Below are positions 19,018 to 28,260 of a stretch of DNA of 35,977 bases, in pieces; position 1 is the first letter of the stretch, and every line of letters starts with the position of its first letter. The position numbers and the translations under genes were made by a program. The stretch lies in the NCBI GenBank assembly GCA_030833305.1, contig JAURHL010000001.1:1-35977 (forward strand), written 5' to 3'. The DNA is from Acidimicrobiales bacterium (GTDB lineage: Bacteria > Actinomycetota > Acidimicrobiia > Acidimicrobiales > Ilumatobacteraceae). The notes below the pieces were generated by a model. The model was not told the DNA's origin. It saw only the letters and a program-made list of their open reading frames with translations, and made no database searches.

Positions 19018-19388
19018 AGAGTCGTGCCGTTCTCTGGGCCCTGGTGGCCGACATCGTCGGAATCATCGTGTTCGTCTCCATCGGACGTCGCAATCACGAC
19101 GAGGGCGTGGCTCCCGCCGGTGTCATCGAGACGGCGGCACCCTTCGTCATCGCCGTGTTGGTCGGTTGGCTCCTCGGGCGCGCCTGGAAGGCGCCCTTCG
19201 CGGTCGGCACCGGAGCGATCATCTGGGTGACCACCGTGGCGCTGGGCATGGTGTTGCGCAAGCTCGTGTTCGACGAGGGCACGGCGACCGCCTTCGTGAT
19301 CGTGGCCACGGTGTTCACGGGCGCGGTGTCGAACGGTTGGCGACTCGCGGTACGAACGCGACAGGCGCGCGTCACAACAGGTTCGTGA
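19014..19388 (+). CDS. DUF3054-family small membrane protein
   Basis: 124 aa with four hydrophobic segments. The start [22 protein letters not shown] is typical of DUF3054. ATGA overlap with the YdeP-family stop. Confidence 0.7.
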   Translation: MKSRAVLWALVADIVGIIVFVSIGRRNHDEGVAPAGVIETAAPFVIAVLVGWLLGRAWKAPFAVGTGAIIWVTTVALGMVLRKLVFDEGTATAFVIVATVFTGAVSNGWRLAVRTRQARVTTGS

Positions 19389-21093
19389 TCGCGCCTTTTT
19401 CCGCACCTTGGGCGAGCCGGGCGTACTTGCCCAACACGCCGCTCGTGTAACGCGGGGGATTCGGCGTCCAGCCCTGACGACGACGCGCCAATTCGGCCTC
19501 GTCGACCAGCAGGTCCAGACCGTGGCTGGCCACGTCGATGCGAATGCGGTCACCGTCACGCACGAACGCGATCGGTCCGCCGTCGACGGCCTCGGGGGCC
19601 ACGTGTCCGATGCAGAATCCCCACGTGCCACCGCTGAATCGACCGTCGGTGATGAGAGCGCAGTCAGCACCGCGACCGGCGCCCTTCAACGCGCCGGTGA
19701 TGGCCAACATCTCGCGCATACCCGGACCACCCTTGGGGCCCTCGTAGCGAATGACGAGCACGGTGTTCGGTCGGATCTCTCCGGCCATGATGGCGGCCAT
19801 CGCGCCGTCCTCGCCGTCGAACACGCGGGCGGTGCCCTCGAAGAGACGCTGTTCGGCGGTGAGGCCCGCCACTTTCACCACGCTTCCGAGCGGCGCCAAC
19901 GAACCACGCAGGACGAGGATGCCTCCCTCGGCGTTGATCGGTTGCGACAACGGGTGAACGACCACGCCATCGGGTGACGGCGGCGCGATGTCGGCCAGGT
20001 TCTCGGCCATGGTCTTGCCCGTGCAGGTGAGCACGTCGCCGTGCAACAACCCGGCATCGAGCAGGTGCTTCAACACCACCGGCACTCCCCCGACCCGATG
20101 CAGATCGGTCATGTGGTACTTGCCGCCCGGTTTCATGTCGGCGATGTGGGGAACCTTGGCCGCGATGCGGTTGAAGTCCTCCAACTCCAACGGCACGCCG
20201 GCCTCGGCGGCGATGGCCAACAGGTGCAGAACGGCGTTCGTGCTTCCACCCAAGGCATTGGTGATGGCGATGGCGTTCTCGAAGGCCTTCTTGGTGAGGA
20301 TGTCGCGCGGGCGAATTCCGAGGCGCAACATGTTCACGACCGCCTCGCCCGCCAGGCGCGCGTCGTCCTCACGACTGCGATCGACCGCCGGCGCCGACGC
20401 GGAACCGGGCAACGACAAACCCAGAGCTTCCCCGATGGACGACATGGTGTTGGCGGTGAACATTCCACCGCACGCGCCTTCGCCCGGACACGCCGCCTTC
20501 TCGATGGCGGTGAGTTCGCTCTCGGTGATGGTGCCGGCGGCGCACGCACCGATGGCCTCGAACACGGTGGTGATGTCGATGTTCTTCCCGTCGTGGTGAC
20601 CGGGCAAGGTGGAGCCGTTGTACACGAACACCGCGGGCAGGTTCAGGCGGGCGATGGCCATCATCATTCCCGGCATGCTCTTGTCGCAGCCGCCCGTGGC
20701 CACCAGACCGTCGAGACGCTCGGCGTGCATCACGGCTTCCACCGAATCGCAGATGACCTCGCGACTCACGAGCGACGCGCGCATGCCCTCGTGACCCATC
20801 GAGATTCCGTCGCTGACGGTGATGGTGCCGAACTCCAACGGCACACCGCCGGCGGCGCGAACGCCGACCTTGGCCGCCTCGGTGAGGCGACGGATCGACA
20901 TGTTGCAGGGCGTGATCTCGTTCCATGACGAAGCCACCCCAACCTGGGGCTTGTCCCAGTCGTCATCGGTCAGGCCCACGGCGCGCAACATGGCCCGCGA
21001 GGCCGCCTTCTGAATGCCGTCGGTGACGTCACGGCTGCGGGGCTTGACGTCGACCGGGGTTCCGGTGGGACCAGCGGTGGGTTGAGAGGCCAT
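19372..21093 (-). CDS. ilvD: dihydroxy-acid dehydratase
   Basis: [26 protein letters not shown] and IGHVAPEA motifs, with full-length similarity. Confidence 0.96.
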   Translation of the reverse strand: MASQPTAGPTGTPVDVKPRSRDVTDGIQKAASRAMLRAVGLTDDDWDKPQVGVASSWNEITPCNMSIRRLTEAAKVGVRAAGGVPLEFGTITVSDGISMGHEGMRASLVSREVICDSVEAVMHAERLDGLVATGGCDKSMPGMMMAIARLNLPAVFVYNGSTLPGHHDGKNIDITTVFEAIGACAAGTITESELTAIEKAACPGEGACGGMFTANTMSSIGEALGLSLPGSASAPAVDRSREDDARLAGEAVVNMLRLGIRPRDILTKKAFENAIAITNALGGSTNAVLHLLAIAAEAGVPLELEDFNRIAAKVPHIADMKPGGKYHMTDLHRVGGVPVVLKHLLDAGLLHGDVLTCTGKTMAENLADIAPPSPDGVVVHPLSQPINAEGGILVLRGSLAPLGSVVKVAGLTAEQRLFEGTARVFDGEDGAMAAIMAGEIRPNTVLVIRYEGPKGGPGMREMLAITGALKGAGRGADCALITDGRFSGGTWGFCIGHVAPEAVDGGPIAFVRDGDRIRIDVASHGLDLLVDEAELARRRQGWTPNPPRYTSGVLGKYARLAQGAEKGAITNLL

Positions 21094-21133
21094 ATCCGCA
21101 GGTTATTGGTCAAGAGGCACGGCGGAGAAGAAA

Positions 21134-21174
21134 AGTTGTTAGGTGTACCTAACAGTTGTTAGGCTCTCCTAACA
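21134..21174. promoter_or_regulatory. two tandem IdeR/DtxR-like iron boxes (20-bp period) in the ilvD / Fe-ABC divergent region
   Basis: AGTTGTTAGGTGTACCTAA (21134-21152) and AGTTGTTAGGCTCTCCTAA (21154-21172). By my manual alignment to the iron-box consensus TTAGGTTAGGCTAACCTAA they match 12/19 and 13/19 (14/19 to the Streptomyces TTAGGTTAGGCTCACCTAA variant). Each also contains a TGTTAGG-N4-CCTAACA palindrome. Confidence 0.55.
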
Positions 21175-21229
21175 GAGGGCGAATCCCCCTCGAAACAGCC
21201 CCGTCGCCCGACTCACAGTAAGGACCACC

Positions 21230-22318
21230 ATGAGAACTCTCCCGCCGCGCACGACCCTTGCGATCGTGGTGAGCTTCACCACCGTCGGAATGCTCGCCGC
21301 TTGCGGTGGCGACGATTCGACGACAGTGGACAGCTCGGTCGCTCCCGCCACCACCATCACCGAAGGAGCGAATCCGTGCGACGGAGCGAGCGGATCGCTG
21401 ACGGTGTACTCCGGTCGTAGCGAGAAGCTGGTCGCCGACCTGTACGCCCAATTCACCAGCGACACCGGTGTGACCGTCGACGCCCGTTACGGCGACAGCG
21501 GCGAATTGGCTGGTCAGATTCTGACGGAAGACTCGGCCACCCCCGCCGACGTGTTCTTTTCCCAAGACGCCGGCGCGCTGGGAGCGGTGTCTCAGTCCGG
21601 ATTGTTCACCGAACTTACGGCCTCCACGCTCGATCGGGTACCCGCCGAGTTCCGCTCCGTCACCAACGACTGGGTGGGTGCCAGCGGTCGCGTGCGCGTG
21701 ATCGTGTACAACCCCGAACTGGCCCCGACGCCGCCGACATCGGTCGACGAATTGCTGGACCCGGCGTGGAAGGGCGAGATCGGTTTCGCCCCCACCAATG
21801 CATCGTGGCAATCGTTCGTCACCGCGCTTCGCGTGACTCGTGGCGAGGATGCAGCGCGCGAATGGTTGGAGAACTTCGCCGCCAACGAGCCGGTCGCCTA
21901 CGAGAAGAACGCCGCGGTGCGTGACGCGGTGAACGCCGGCGAGGTGTCCCTCGGGCTCGTGAACCACTACTACCTGTTCGAGAAGATCGCCGCCGAGGGC
22001 GCCGACGCCGTGGTGGCCGAGAACCAGTACCTGCCCGGTGACATCGGTGGACTCGTCAACGTCGCCGGCGCCGGCGTTCTCGGCAACTCCGACAACGTCG
22101 ACGCGGCGCAGTGTTTCGTGTCGTACCTCGTCTCCGACGCGGGTCAGCAGTACTTCGTCTCGAAGTCGTTCGAGTATCCGCTCGTCGACGGCATCGCCCA
22201 AGCCGACGGACAACCCGACTTCGACGAGCTGGATCCCCCGGCCATCGATCTGTCGGACCTCTCCTCGATCGCCGAGACGCAGGAACTGCTGGCCGACGTG
22301 GGACTACTCACGCTCTGA
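21230..22318 (+). CDS. Fe(III) ABC transporter substrate-binding lipoprotein (FbpA/AfuA-like)
   Basis: Lipobox [22 protein letters not shown]...DVFFSQDAG...RVIVYNP pattern of ferric-ion binding proteins. Followed by a two-domain permease and an ATPase. Confidence 0.8.
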   Translation: MRTLPPRTTLAIVVSFTTVGMLAACGGDDSTTVDSSVAPATTITEGANPCDGASGSLTVYSGRSEKLVADLYAQFTSDTGVTVDARYGDSGELAGQILTEDSATPADVFFSQDAGALGAVSQSGLFTELTASTLDRVPAEFRSVTNDWVGASGRVRVIVYNPELAPTPPTSVDELLDPAWKGEIGFAPTNASWQSFVTALRVTRGEDAAREWLENFAANEPVAYEKNAAVRDAVNAGEVSLGLVNHYYLFEKIAAEGADAVVAENQYLPGDIGGLVNVAGAGVLGNSDNVDAAQCFVSYLVSDAGQQYFVSKSFEYPLVDGIAQADGQPDFDELDPPAIDLSDLSSIAETQELLADVGLLTL

Positions 22319-22333
22319 CGGCACACTGCTTCC

Positions 22334-23857
22334 GTGTCATCACTCCGAGGATCGGCCTGGCGCTCGAAACTGCCGGCACCGTTGGTCATTCCCGCGGTGC
22401 TGGCGGCCCTGGCGTCGCTCGCGCCTCTCGCCTATCTGGTCGATGTCGCCTTCGATCGCGGTGCGGTTTATCTCTGGGACGAACTCTGGCAACGACGCAC
22501 CCTCGAACTGGTCGTTCGCAGCGGACTCCTGGCCGCCTGCGTTACCGGCGCGAGCGTCGTCATTTCGGTACCCCTCGCCTGGGCCGTGATGCGCAGCGAC
22601 TTGCGCGGACGTCGATGGTGGCGCATCGCATTGGCCCTGCCACTGGCGATTCCGAGTTATCTCGCGGCCTTCGCCTGGATCAGTTGGGAGTCTTCCTTGG
22701 CCGGATTCTGGGGTGCGTTCCTGGTTCTGACCGCCGTGTCGTACCCGTACGTCTACCTGCCCCTCACTGCGGCATTCGGTCGACTGGATCAATCACTCGA
22801 CGAGATCGCCACGATTCACGGCAAGGGTTCGGTGCCCCGCTTGATCGTGTTGGCTGCCCGCCAATGCCGTGGAACCATCGCCGCCGGGTCGCTGTTGATC
22901 GCGCTCTACGTTCTCAGCGACTTCGGGGCCGTGGCCACCATGCGTTACGACGCGTTCACCTGGGTGATCTACGGCGCATACCGTGCGGGCTTCAATCCCA
23001 CCCGCGCGGCCGTGCTGGCGGTGGTGTTGGTACTGATCGCGTTGGTGTTGGTGACCGCCGAAGCGGTGGCCCGCGGACGCGTGGTCTCCACCATGACCAC
23101 GCGCGCCGTCACGAAGCCACGCCCCATCCGACTTCGTTCCCTGGCCGTCTGGTTCCACGCAGTCATCGTCACCGTGGTCGGGCTCGCCGTGCTGTTCCCC
23201 ATCTGGCGCATCATCGTGTGGGTGTCGGCACACGGTGCCGAGGATGGCCTCGGCGACGTCGCCTCGGCTTTGTGGGGATCGGTCCGCTACTCGCTCGTGG
23301 CCGCGTGCATCACGGTTCTGGTGGCACTTCCCATCGGACTTCTGGTGGCGCGCTACCGAACGCGCACGTCGCTGTTGCTCGATCGCGCGACTTACATCAC
23401 GCATGCCCTGCCCGGAATCGTGGTGGCGATCTCGATGGTCTTCATCGGGGTTCGATTCCTCCGACCGGTGTATCTGGAATCACCACTCCTGGTGCTGGCC
23501 TATGTGGCGCTCTTCCTGCCGGTGGCCGTGGGTGGGGTCCGTTCGAGTGCCGAACAGATTCCCCTCGGTCTGGACGACGTCGCGCGTTCACTCGGCAGCG
23601 GGCCGATGTCGGTGATCCGCCGCGTCAATCTTCCGCTCATTGCTCCGGGAATCGCATCGGCCACCGCACTCGTCACGCTGGCGGCGATGAAGGAATTACC
23701 GGTCACCATGCTGCTGCGCCCCACCGGCACCGAAACCTTGGCGACGCGTCTGTGGACCCACACGTCGGTGTCGGATTACGCCGCGGCCGGTCCGTACGCT
23801 TTGGCCATCATCATTTTCGTGGCGATCCCCACCGCCGTCGCCACGCTGGAACGTTGA
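22334..23857 (+). CDS. iron ABC transporter permease (duplicated-domain FbpB-like)
   Basis: 507 aa with about 12 hydrophobic helices in two repeats, each with a binding-protein-dependent transport EAA-like loop (DEIATIHGKG, DDVARSLGSGP). Confidence 0.85.
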   Translation: MSSLRGSAWRSKLPAPLVIPAVLAALASLAPLAYLVDVAFDRGAVYLWDELWQRRTLELVVRSGLLAACVTGASVVISVPLAWAVMRSDLRGRRWWRIALALPLAIPSYLAAFAWISWESSLAGFWGAFLVLTAVSYPYVYLPLTAAFGRLDQSLDEIATIHGKGSVPRLIVLAARQCRGTIAAGSLLIALYVLSDFGAVATMRYDAFTWVIYGAYRAGFNPTRAAVLAVVLVLIALVLVTAEAVARGRVVSTMTTRAVTKPRPIRLRSLAVWFHAVIVTVVGLAVLFPIWRIIVWVSAHGAEDGLGDVASALWGSVRYSLVAACITVLVALPIGLLVARYRTRTSLLLDRATYITHALPGIVVAISMVFIGVRFLRPVYLESPLLVLAYVALFLPVAVGGVRSSAEQIPLGLDDVARSLGSGPMSVIRRVNLPLIAPGIASATALVTLAAMKELPVTMLLRPTGTETLATRLWTHTSVSDYAAAGPYALAIIIFVAIPTAVATLER

Positions 23858-23867
23858 CCAAGATCGC

Positions 23868-24881
23868 ATGAACACGACCCCCATCCTGCGCCTCACCGAC
23901 GTGTCGAAATCGTTCGATTCCACGGCGGTTCTCTCGGGTGTCTCCTTCGACGCACCGAGAGGCAGCGTCACCGCCGTTCTCGGTCCGTCCGGACAGGGCA
24001 AGACGACTCTCCTGCGTCTCATCGCGGGCTTCGAGCGCGTCGGCGACGGCCGCATCGAGATCGACGGCGAGGTGGTCGGCTCGTCCGACGTCCACGTGCG
24101 ACCTGACCGGCGCGGCGTCGGCATCGTGCCCCAGGAAGGTGCGCTGTTCCCCCACCTCGACGTGGCGGGCAACGTCGGCTACGGCTTGCCCAAGGGCAGT
24201 CGCGATCGCATCGACGAGATGATCCACCTGGTCGGACTGTCCGGAATGAGTTCACGTCGACCCTCGGAGATCTCGGGCGGCCAGCAACAACGAGTGGCTC
24301 TGGCTCGCGCCTTGGCACCGGCCCCGCACCTGGTCCTCCTCGACGAACCGTTCTCGGCCCTCGATGCCGGACTGCGCGCCGGCATTCGCGACGAGGTGAT
24401 CGGCATCCTTCGTGGTGCCGGCACCACCACGCTCCTGGTCACCCACGATCAGGAGGAGGCGATGTCGATCGCCGACCATGTCGTCGTTCTGCTCGGTGGT
24501 GTGGTGGCGCAGCAAGGAGCACCCACCGACATCTACGAACGCCCGGCGTCGGTGGAGGTGGCGAGATTCATCGGCGACGCGAACCTACTGTCGGCTCGCG
24601 CCGACGGTGGCAGCGTCGGCCACGTCCTGGGGACGCAGGAATGCGATGCTTCACCCGGTCCGGCCACCGTGCTGGTTCGTCCCGAGCAACTGAGCCTGTC
24701 GAGCGACGGTGTTCCCGGCGTGGTCGAGCGTCGCGCGTACTACGGACATGACGGCACCATCGGTGTGCGCCTCGAGAACGGCGAGTTCGTCTCGGTGCGC
24801 GTGAGCGTGAGCGAACTGGCGCCGGTGGGCGCGCGTGTCGGTGTGGTCATGCGCGGACGCGCGACGGTGTTCGCGGGCTGA
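23868..24881 (+). CDS. ABC transporter ATP-binding protein (FbpC-like)
   Basis: Walker A GPSGQGKTTLL, signature ISGGQQQRVALARAL, Walker B LLDEPFSALD, and a C-terminal TOBE-like extension. Confidence 0.9.
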   Translation: MNTTPILRLTDVSKSFDSTAVLSGVSFDAPRGSVTAVLGPSGQGKTTLLRLIAGFERVGDGRIEIDGEVVGSSDVHVRPDRRGVGIVPQEGALFPHLDVAGNVGYGLPKGSRDRIDEMIHLVGLSGMSSRRPSEISGGQQQRVALARALAPAPHLVLLDEPFSALDAGLRAGIRDEVIGILRGAGTTTLLVTHDQEEAMSIADHVVVLLGGVVAQQGAPTDIYERPASVEVARFIGDANLLSARADGGSVGHVLGTQECDASPGPATVLVRPEQLSLSSDGVPGVVERRAYYGHDGTIGVRLENGEFVSVRVSVSELAPVGARVGVVMRGRATVFAG

Positions 24882-24889
24882 GCCGCGAC

Positions 24890-26164
24890 CTACTTCTTGC
24901 GGCCGAATCCGAACAGGTGCTGGCCAACCTTGCGCATCTGGATCTCCTCGGCGCCCTCGGTGATGCGGTAGCGACGGTGGTGTCGGTAGATGTGTTCGAA
25001 GGGCATGTGTCGGCTGTACCCCACCCCGCCGCAGGTTTGCATCGCACGATCGGCGGCGTCGCAACACAGACGGTTGGCGCGGTAGTTGCACATCGCGACG
25101 AGATGGGTGAACTCCATGAAGCCCTCCACGTCGGGACGGTCCGATTTCACCGAGTTGTCCATCATCCAGGCGGTGTAGCGAATCAACTGCCGCAACATGG
25201 CGGCCTCGGTGTGCAGCTCGATGAGCGGGAACTGGATGCCCTGGTTGACCGACAGCTGCTTGCCCCACGTCGTCCGGCCGTTCGCGTAGGCGACCGCTTC
25301 ATCGATGCAGTACTGCGCCGCTCCCAGCGACGACGCCGCCTGCCGGATGCGGTTCTCGTGCACGAAGTGTTGAGCCAGATCCAGGCCGTGATCGAGTCGC
25401 CCGAACAACGCGTTCGCCGGCACCCGAACGTCCTTCATGCTCACTTCGGCGTGATCGGTCGGCATGTTGAACGTCCACCAGAAGAAATCCACCGAGAACC
25501 CTTCGGCATCCGTCGGCACCAGAAACGCCGTGATTCCGTTCGGCGTGCCGGGCTCGCCTGAGGTGCGCGCGAAGATGATGTCGTGGGTGGCGTGATGCAG
25601 GCCGCTGTTCCAGCGTTTCATGCCGTTGATGACCCATTCGTCACCGTCACGAACCGCGGTGGTTTCGAGGAAGGTGGCGTCACTGCCGTGGTTGGGTTCG
25701 GTCAGGCCGAAGGCCAAACGCTTGGTGCCGTCGAGGAATCCCGACATCCACTCCTTCTTCTGTTCCTCGGTGCCGAAGTCGCGCATCATCAACACGGTCG
25801 GGAAGTTGCCCACGATCGACGACTCGTTCTGCAGGTCGTTGTGCAGGCCGAGGCCCTTGGTGGCCAGATGCTCGCGGATGATGGCCATCTCTAGGTTCGA
25901 TGCATTGCGACCGCCGAACTCGGGCGGCAGGGCCAGTCGGAGCCACCCGGCGGCATCGGCACGGCGGCGCATCTCGCGCAGCAGGGCCTCCCATTCGGGG
26001 CGGGGGACGCCGTCGTTGTCGAAGTCGGTGCGGGCCCACTCGCGACGATGGTCGAAGAAGCGCTCGTTGTCGTCGGCCGCCTGCAGGGGCGCGATCTCGC
26101 GTTCGATGAAGGCATCGAGCTCGTCGAGGGTCCGTTGAATCGACTCGGGAATGGCGAAATCCAT
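24890..26164 (-). CDS. acyl-CoA dehydrogenase family protein
   Basis: AFGLTEPNHGSDA, WVINGMKRWNS and YRITEGAEEIQ motifs. Start taken at ATG 26164 (MDFAIPESIQ) instead of the 34-codon-longer ORF start. Confidence 0.85.
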   Translation of the reverse strand: MDFAIPESIQRTLDELDAFIEREIAPLQAADDNERFFDHRREWARTDFDNDGVPRPEWEALLREMRRRADAAGWLRLALPPEFGGRNASNLEMAIIREHLATKGLGLHNDLQNESSIVGNFPTVLMMRDFGTEEQKKEWMSGFLDGTKRLAFGLTEPNHGSDATFLETTAVRDGDEWVINGMKRWNSGLHHATHDIIFARTSGEPGTPNGITAFLVPTDAEGFSVDFFWWTFNMPTDHAEVSMKDVRVPANALFGRLDHGLDLAQHFVHENRIRQAASSLGAAQYCIDEAVAYANGRTTWGKQLSVNQGIQFPLIELHTEAAMLRQLIRYTAWMMDNSVKSDRPDVEGFMEFTHLVAMCNYRANRLCCDAADRAMQTCGGVGYSRHMPFEHIYRHHRRYRITEGAEEIQMRKVGQHLFGFGRKK

Positions 26165-26223
26165 GGTGTGACCGTAATCGCCTCCGTTCCGGTCTCGGCA
26201 GGTCGGACGACGCACGGCTACTC

Positions 26224-26244
26224 TTTCTGACGGTTCGTCAGAAA
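26224..26244. promoter_or_regulatory. 21-bp palindrome, candidate repressor operator between divergent acyl-CoA dehydrogenase genes
   Basis: TTTCTGACG-gtt-CGTCAGAAA has perfect 9-bp arms. It lies 60 nt from the 26164 start and 40 nt from the 26284 start. Confidence 0.4.
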
Positions 26245-26283
26245 CGTCACTCCCACCGTCGACCACAGGACCAACGACTCCTC

Positions 26284-27465
26284 ATGACCATCACAGCCGC
26301 CCACCACGCTCCGTTGCCCACCGACGATCGCGAGTTCCGCGACTTGGTGCGCACGTGGTTGCGCGAAAACGTGATCGGAGAATTCGCCGAGTTGCGCGGA
26401 CGAGGCGGACCGGGCGACGAGGAGATCGGCTTCGAGATCCGTGTCGAGTGGGAGAAGGTTCTCGGTCGCGCCGGATGGATCGGGCTCGGGTGGCCCGTCG
26501 AATTCGGCGGACGGGGTGCCACCGTCGACCAACAGATCATCTGGGCCGAGGAGTACGTGCGCGCGCAGGCGCCGGCTCGGACCAATCACATGGGCGAGAA
26601 CCTTCTCGCTCCGACCATCATCGAGTACGGCACGCCCGAACAATGCGAGCGCTTCCTACCCGGCATCCTGCGCGGCGACGAACGTTGGTGTCAGGGTTAC
26701 AGCGAACCGAACGCCGGCAGCGACTTGGCCAACGTGCAAACCAAGGCCCACCTCGACGGTGATCGCTGGGTGATCAACGGCCAGAAGGTCTGGACCTCCT
26801 TGGCGCACGTGAGTCACTGGTGCTTCGTCGTCGCGCGCACCGAGCCCGGTTCGCAACGCCACGCCGGGCTGACCTTCCTGCTCGTGCCCATGGAGCAGCC
26901 GGGCGTCGAAGTTCGCGCCATCCGGCAGATCACCGGTGGTGGCGAGTTCAACGAGACCTTCTTCACCGACGCCGAGACCGAGGCGTCGTTGGTGGTGGGC
27001 CAACCGGGTGCCGGTTGGGGCGTGGCCATGGCGCTGTTGGGTTACGAACGCGGCATCTCCACCTTGGCCCAACAAGTGGGTTTCGAGCGCGAACTCGACG
27101 ACACCATCGCCTTGGCCCGTCGCTTCGGCCGCGCCCACGACCCGGTGTTGCGCCAGAAGTTGGCGCGCGCCCACACCGGCCTGCAACTGCTGAAGCTCAA
27201 CGCGTTGCGGAGCATGTCGGCCAAGGGAGTGCCCGGCCCCGAGGCCAGCATCTCCAAGTTGTTCTGGGGAACGTGGCACCGCGATCTGGGCGAATTGATG
27301 ATGGAGATCATGGGGCCCGCCGGGCTCGTCGCCGAGGCCCTCCCCTACGAACTGACGCTCGAGCAGAAGTTGTTCCTCTTCACGCGGTCCGACACCATCT
27401 ACGGTGGCTCCAACGAGATCCAGCGCAACGTGTTGGGCGAGCGCGTTCTCGGACTTCCGCGCTGA
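26284..27465 (+). CDS. acyl-CoA dehydrogenase family protein
   Basis: CQGYSEPNAGSDLA, WVINGQKVWTS and TIYGGSNEIQRNVLGERVLGLP motifs. Confidence 0.9.
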   Translation: MTITAAHHAPLPTDDREFRDLVRTWLRENVIGEFAELRGRGGPGDEEIGFEIRVEWEKVLGRAGWIGLGWPVEFGGRGATVDQQIIWAEEYVRAQAPARTNHMGENLLAPTIIEYGTPEQCERFLPGILRGDERWCQGYSEPNAGSDLANVQTKAHLDGDRWVINGQKVWTSLAHVSHWCFVVARTEPGSQRHAGLTFLLVPMEQPGVEVRAIRQITGGGEFNETFFTDAETEASLVVGQPGAGWGVAMALLGYERGISTLAQQVGFERELDDTIALARRFGRAHDPVLRQKLARAHTGLQLLKLNALRSMSAKGVPGPEASISKLFWGTWHRDLGELMMEIMGPAGLVAEALPYELTLEQKLFLFTRSDTIYGGSNEIQRNVLGERVLGLPR

Positions 27466-27495
27466 CTCACGCCCAACCAACATCACGGGGGAAAC

Positions 27496-28260
27496 ATGTC
27501 GACCAAGGAACCCACGTACGTCACCGGACACGGACTGCTCGCGGGAAAACGGGTGCTCATCACCGCCGCCGCCGGTAGCGGCATCGGTTCGTCCACCGCG
27601 CGTCGCTGCCTCGAGGAGGGCGCTCGTGTCGTCATCAGCGACAAGCACGAGCGACGACTCGCCGAGACCGCCGCGGAGTTGGGGGTGGTCGGGATCCCCT
27701 GCGACGTCACCGACGAGGCCAGCGTGCAGAACCTGTTCGAGACGACAAAGAACGAACTGGGTGGCATCGACGTGCTGGTCAACAACGCGGGCTTGGGCGG
27801 AACGGCCGAACTGCACGAGATGACCGACGACCAGTGGTCGATCGTGCTCGACGTCACCTTGAACGGCACGATGCGCTGCACCCGCGCGGCGCTGAACCTG
27901 ATGTACGCGCAGGGGTCCGGGGTCATCGTGAACAACGCCAGCGTTCTCGGTTGGCGCGCCCAGGCCGGACAGGCGCACTACGCCGCAGCCAAGGCCGGCG
28001 TCATGGCCCTCACGCGATGCGCCGCAATCGAGGCCGGACCCCGCGGTGTGCGCATCAACGCCGTGTCGCCGAGCATCGCCATGCACGCGAACCTGGCCAA
28101 GGTCACCAGCGACGAACTCTTGGCCGAACTGACCCGGCGCGAAGCCTTCGGTCGGTACGCCGAGCCGTGGGAGATCGCCAACGTGATCGTCTTTCTCGCC
28201 AGCGACTACAGCAGTTACATGACCGGCGAGACCATCTCGGTCAGCAGCCAGCACCCATGA
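27496..28260 (+). CDS. SDR-family oxidoreductase (3-oxoacyl/3-hydroxyacyl reductase-like)
   Basis: ITAAAGSGIGSS glycine-rich Rossmann motif, NNAG, and the catalytic YAAAKAG (YxxxK). Confidence 0.9.
   Translation: MSTKEPTYVTGHGLLAGKRVLITAAAGSGIGSSTARRCLEEGARVVISDKHERRLAETAAELGVVGIPCDVTDEASVQNLFETTKNELGGIDVLVNNAGLGGTAELHEMTDDQWSIVLDVTLNGTMRCTRAALNLMYAQGSGVIVNNASVLGWRAQAGQAHYAAAKAGVMALTRCAAIEAGPRGVRINAVSPSIAMHANLAKVTSDELLAELTRREAFGRYAEPWEIANVIVFLASDYSSYMTGETISVSSQHP

Noticed and set aside
21134-21174. Tandem 20-bp repeat considered as a CRISPR or mobile-element end
   Set aside because: There are only two units with no spacers. There are no cas, transposase or integrase genes anywhere in the window. 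Its position in a divergent promoter fits an operator instead.
21149-22213. 354-aa minus-strand ORF covering the iron boxes and the Fe-binding-protein gene
   Set aside because: It is antisense to a gene with a clear lipobox and ferric-binding-protein pattern. It would also place an operator-like repeat inside a coding region.
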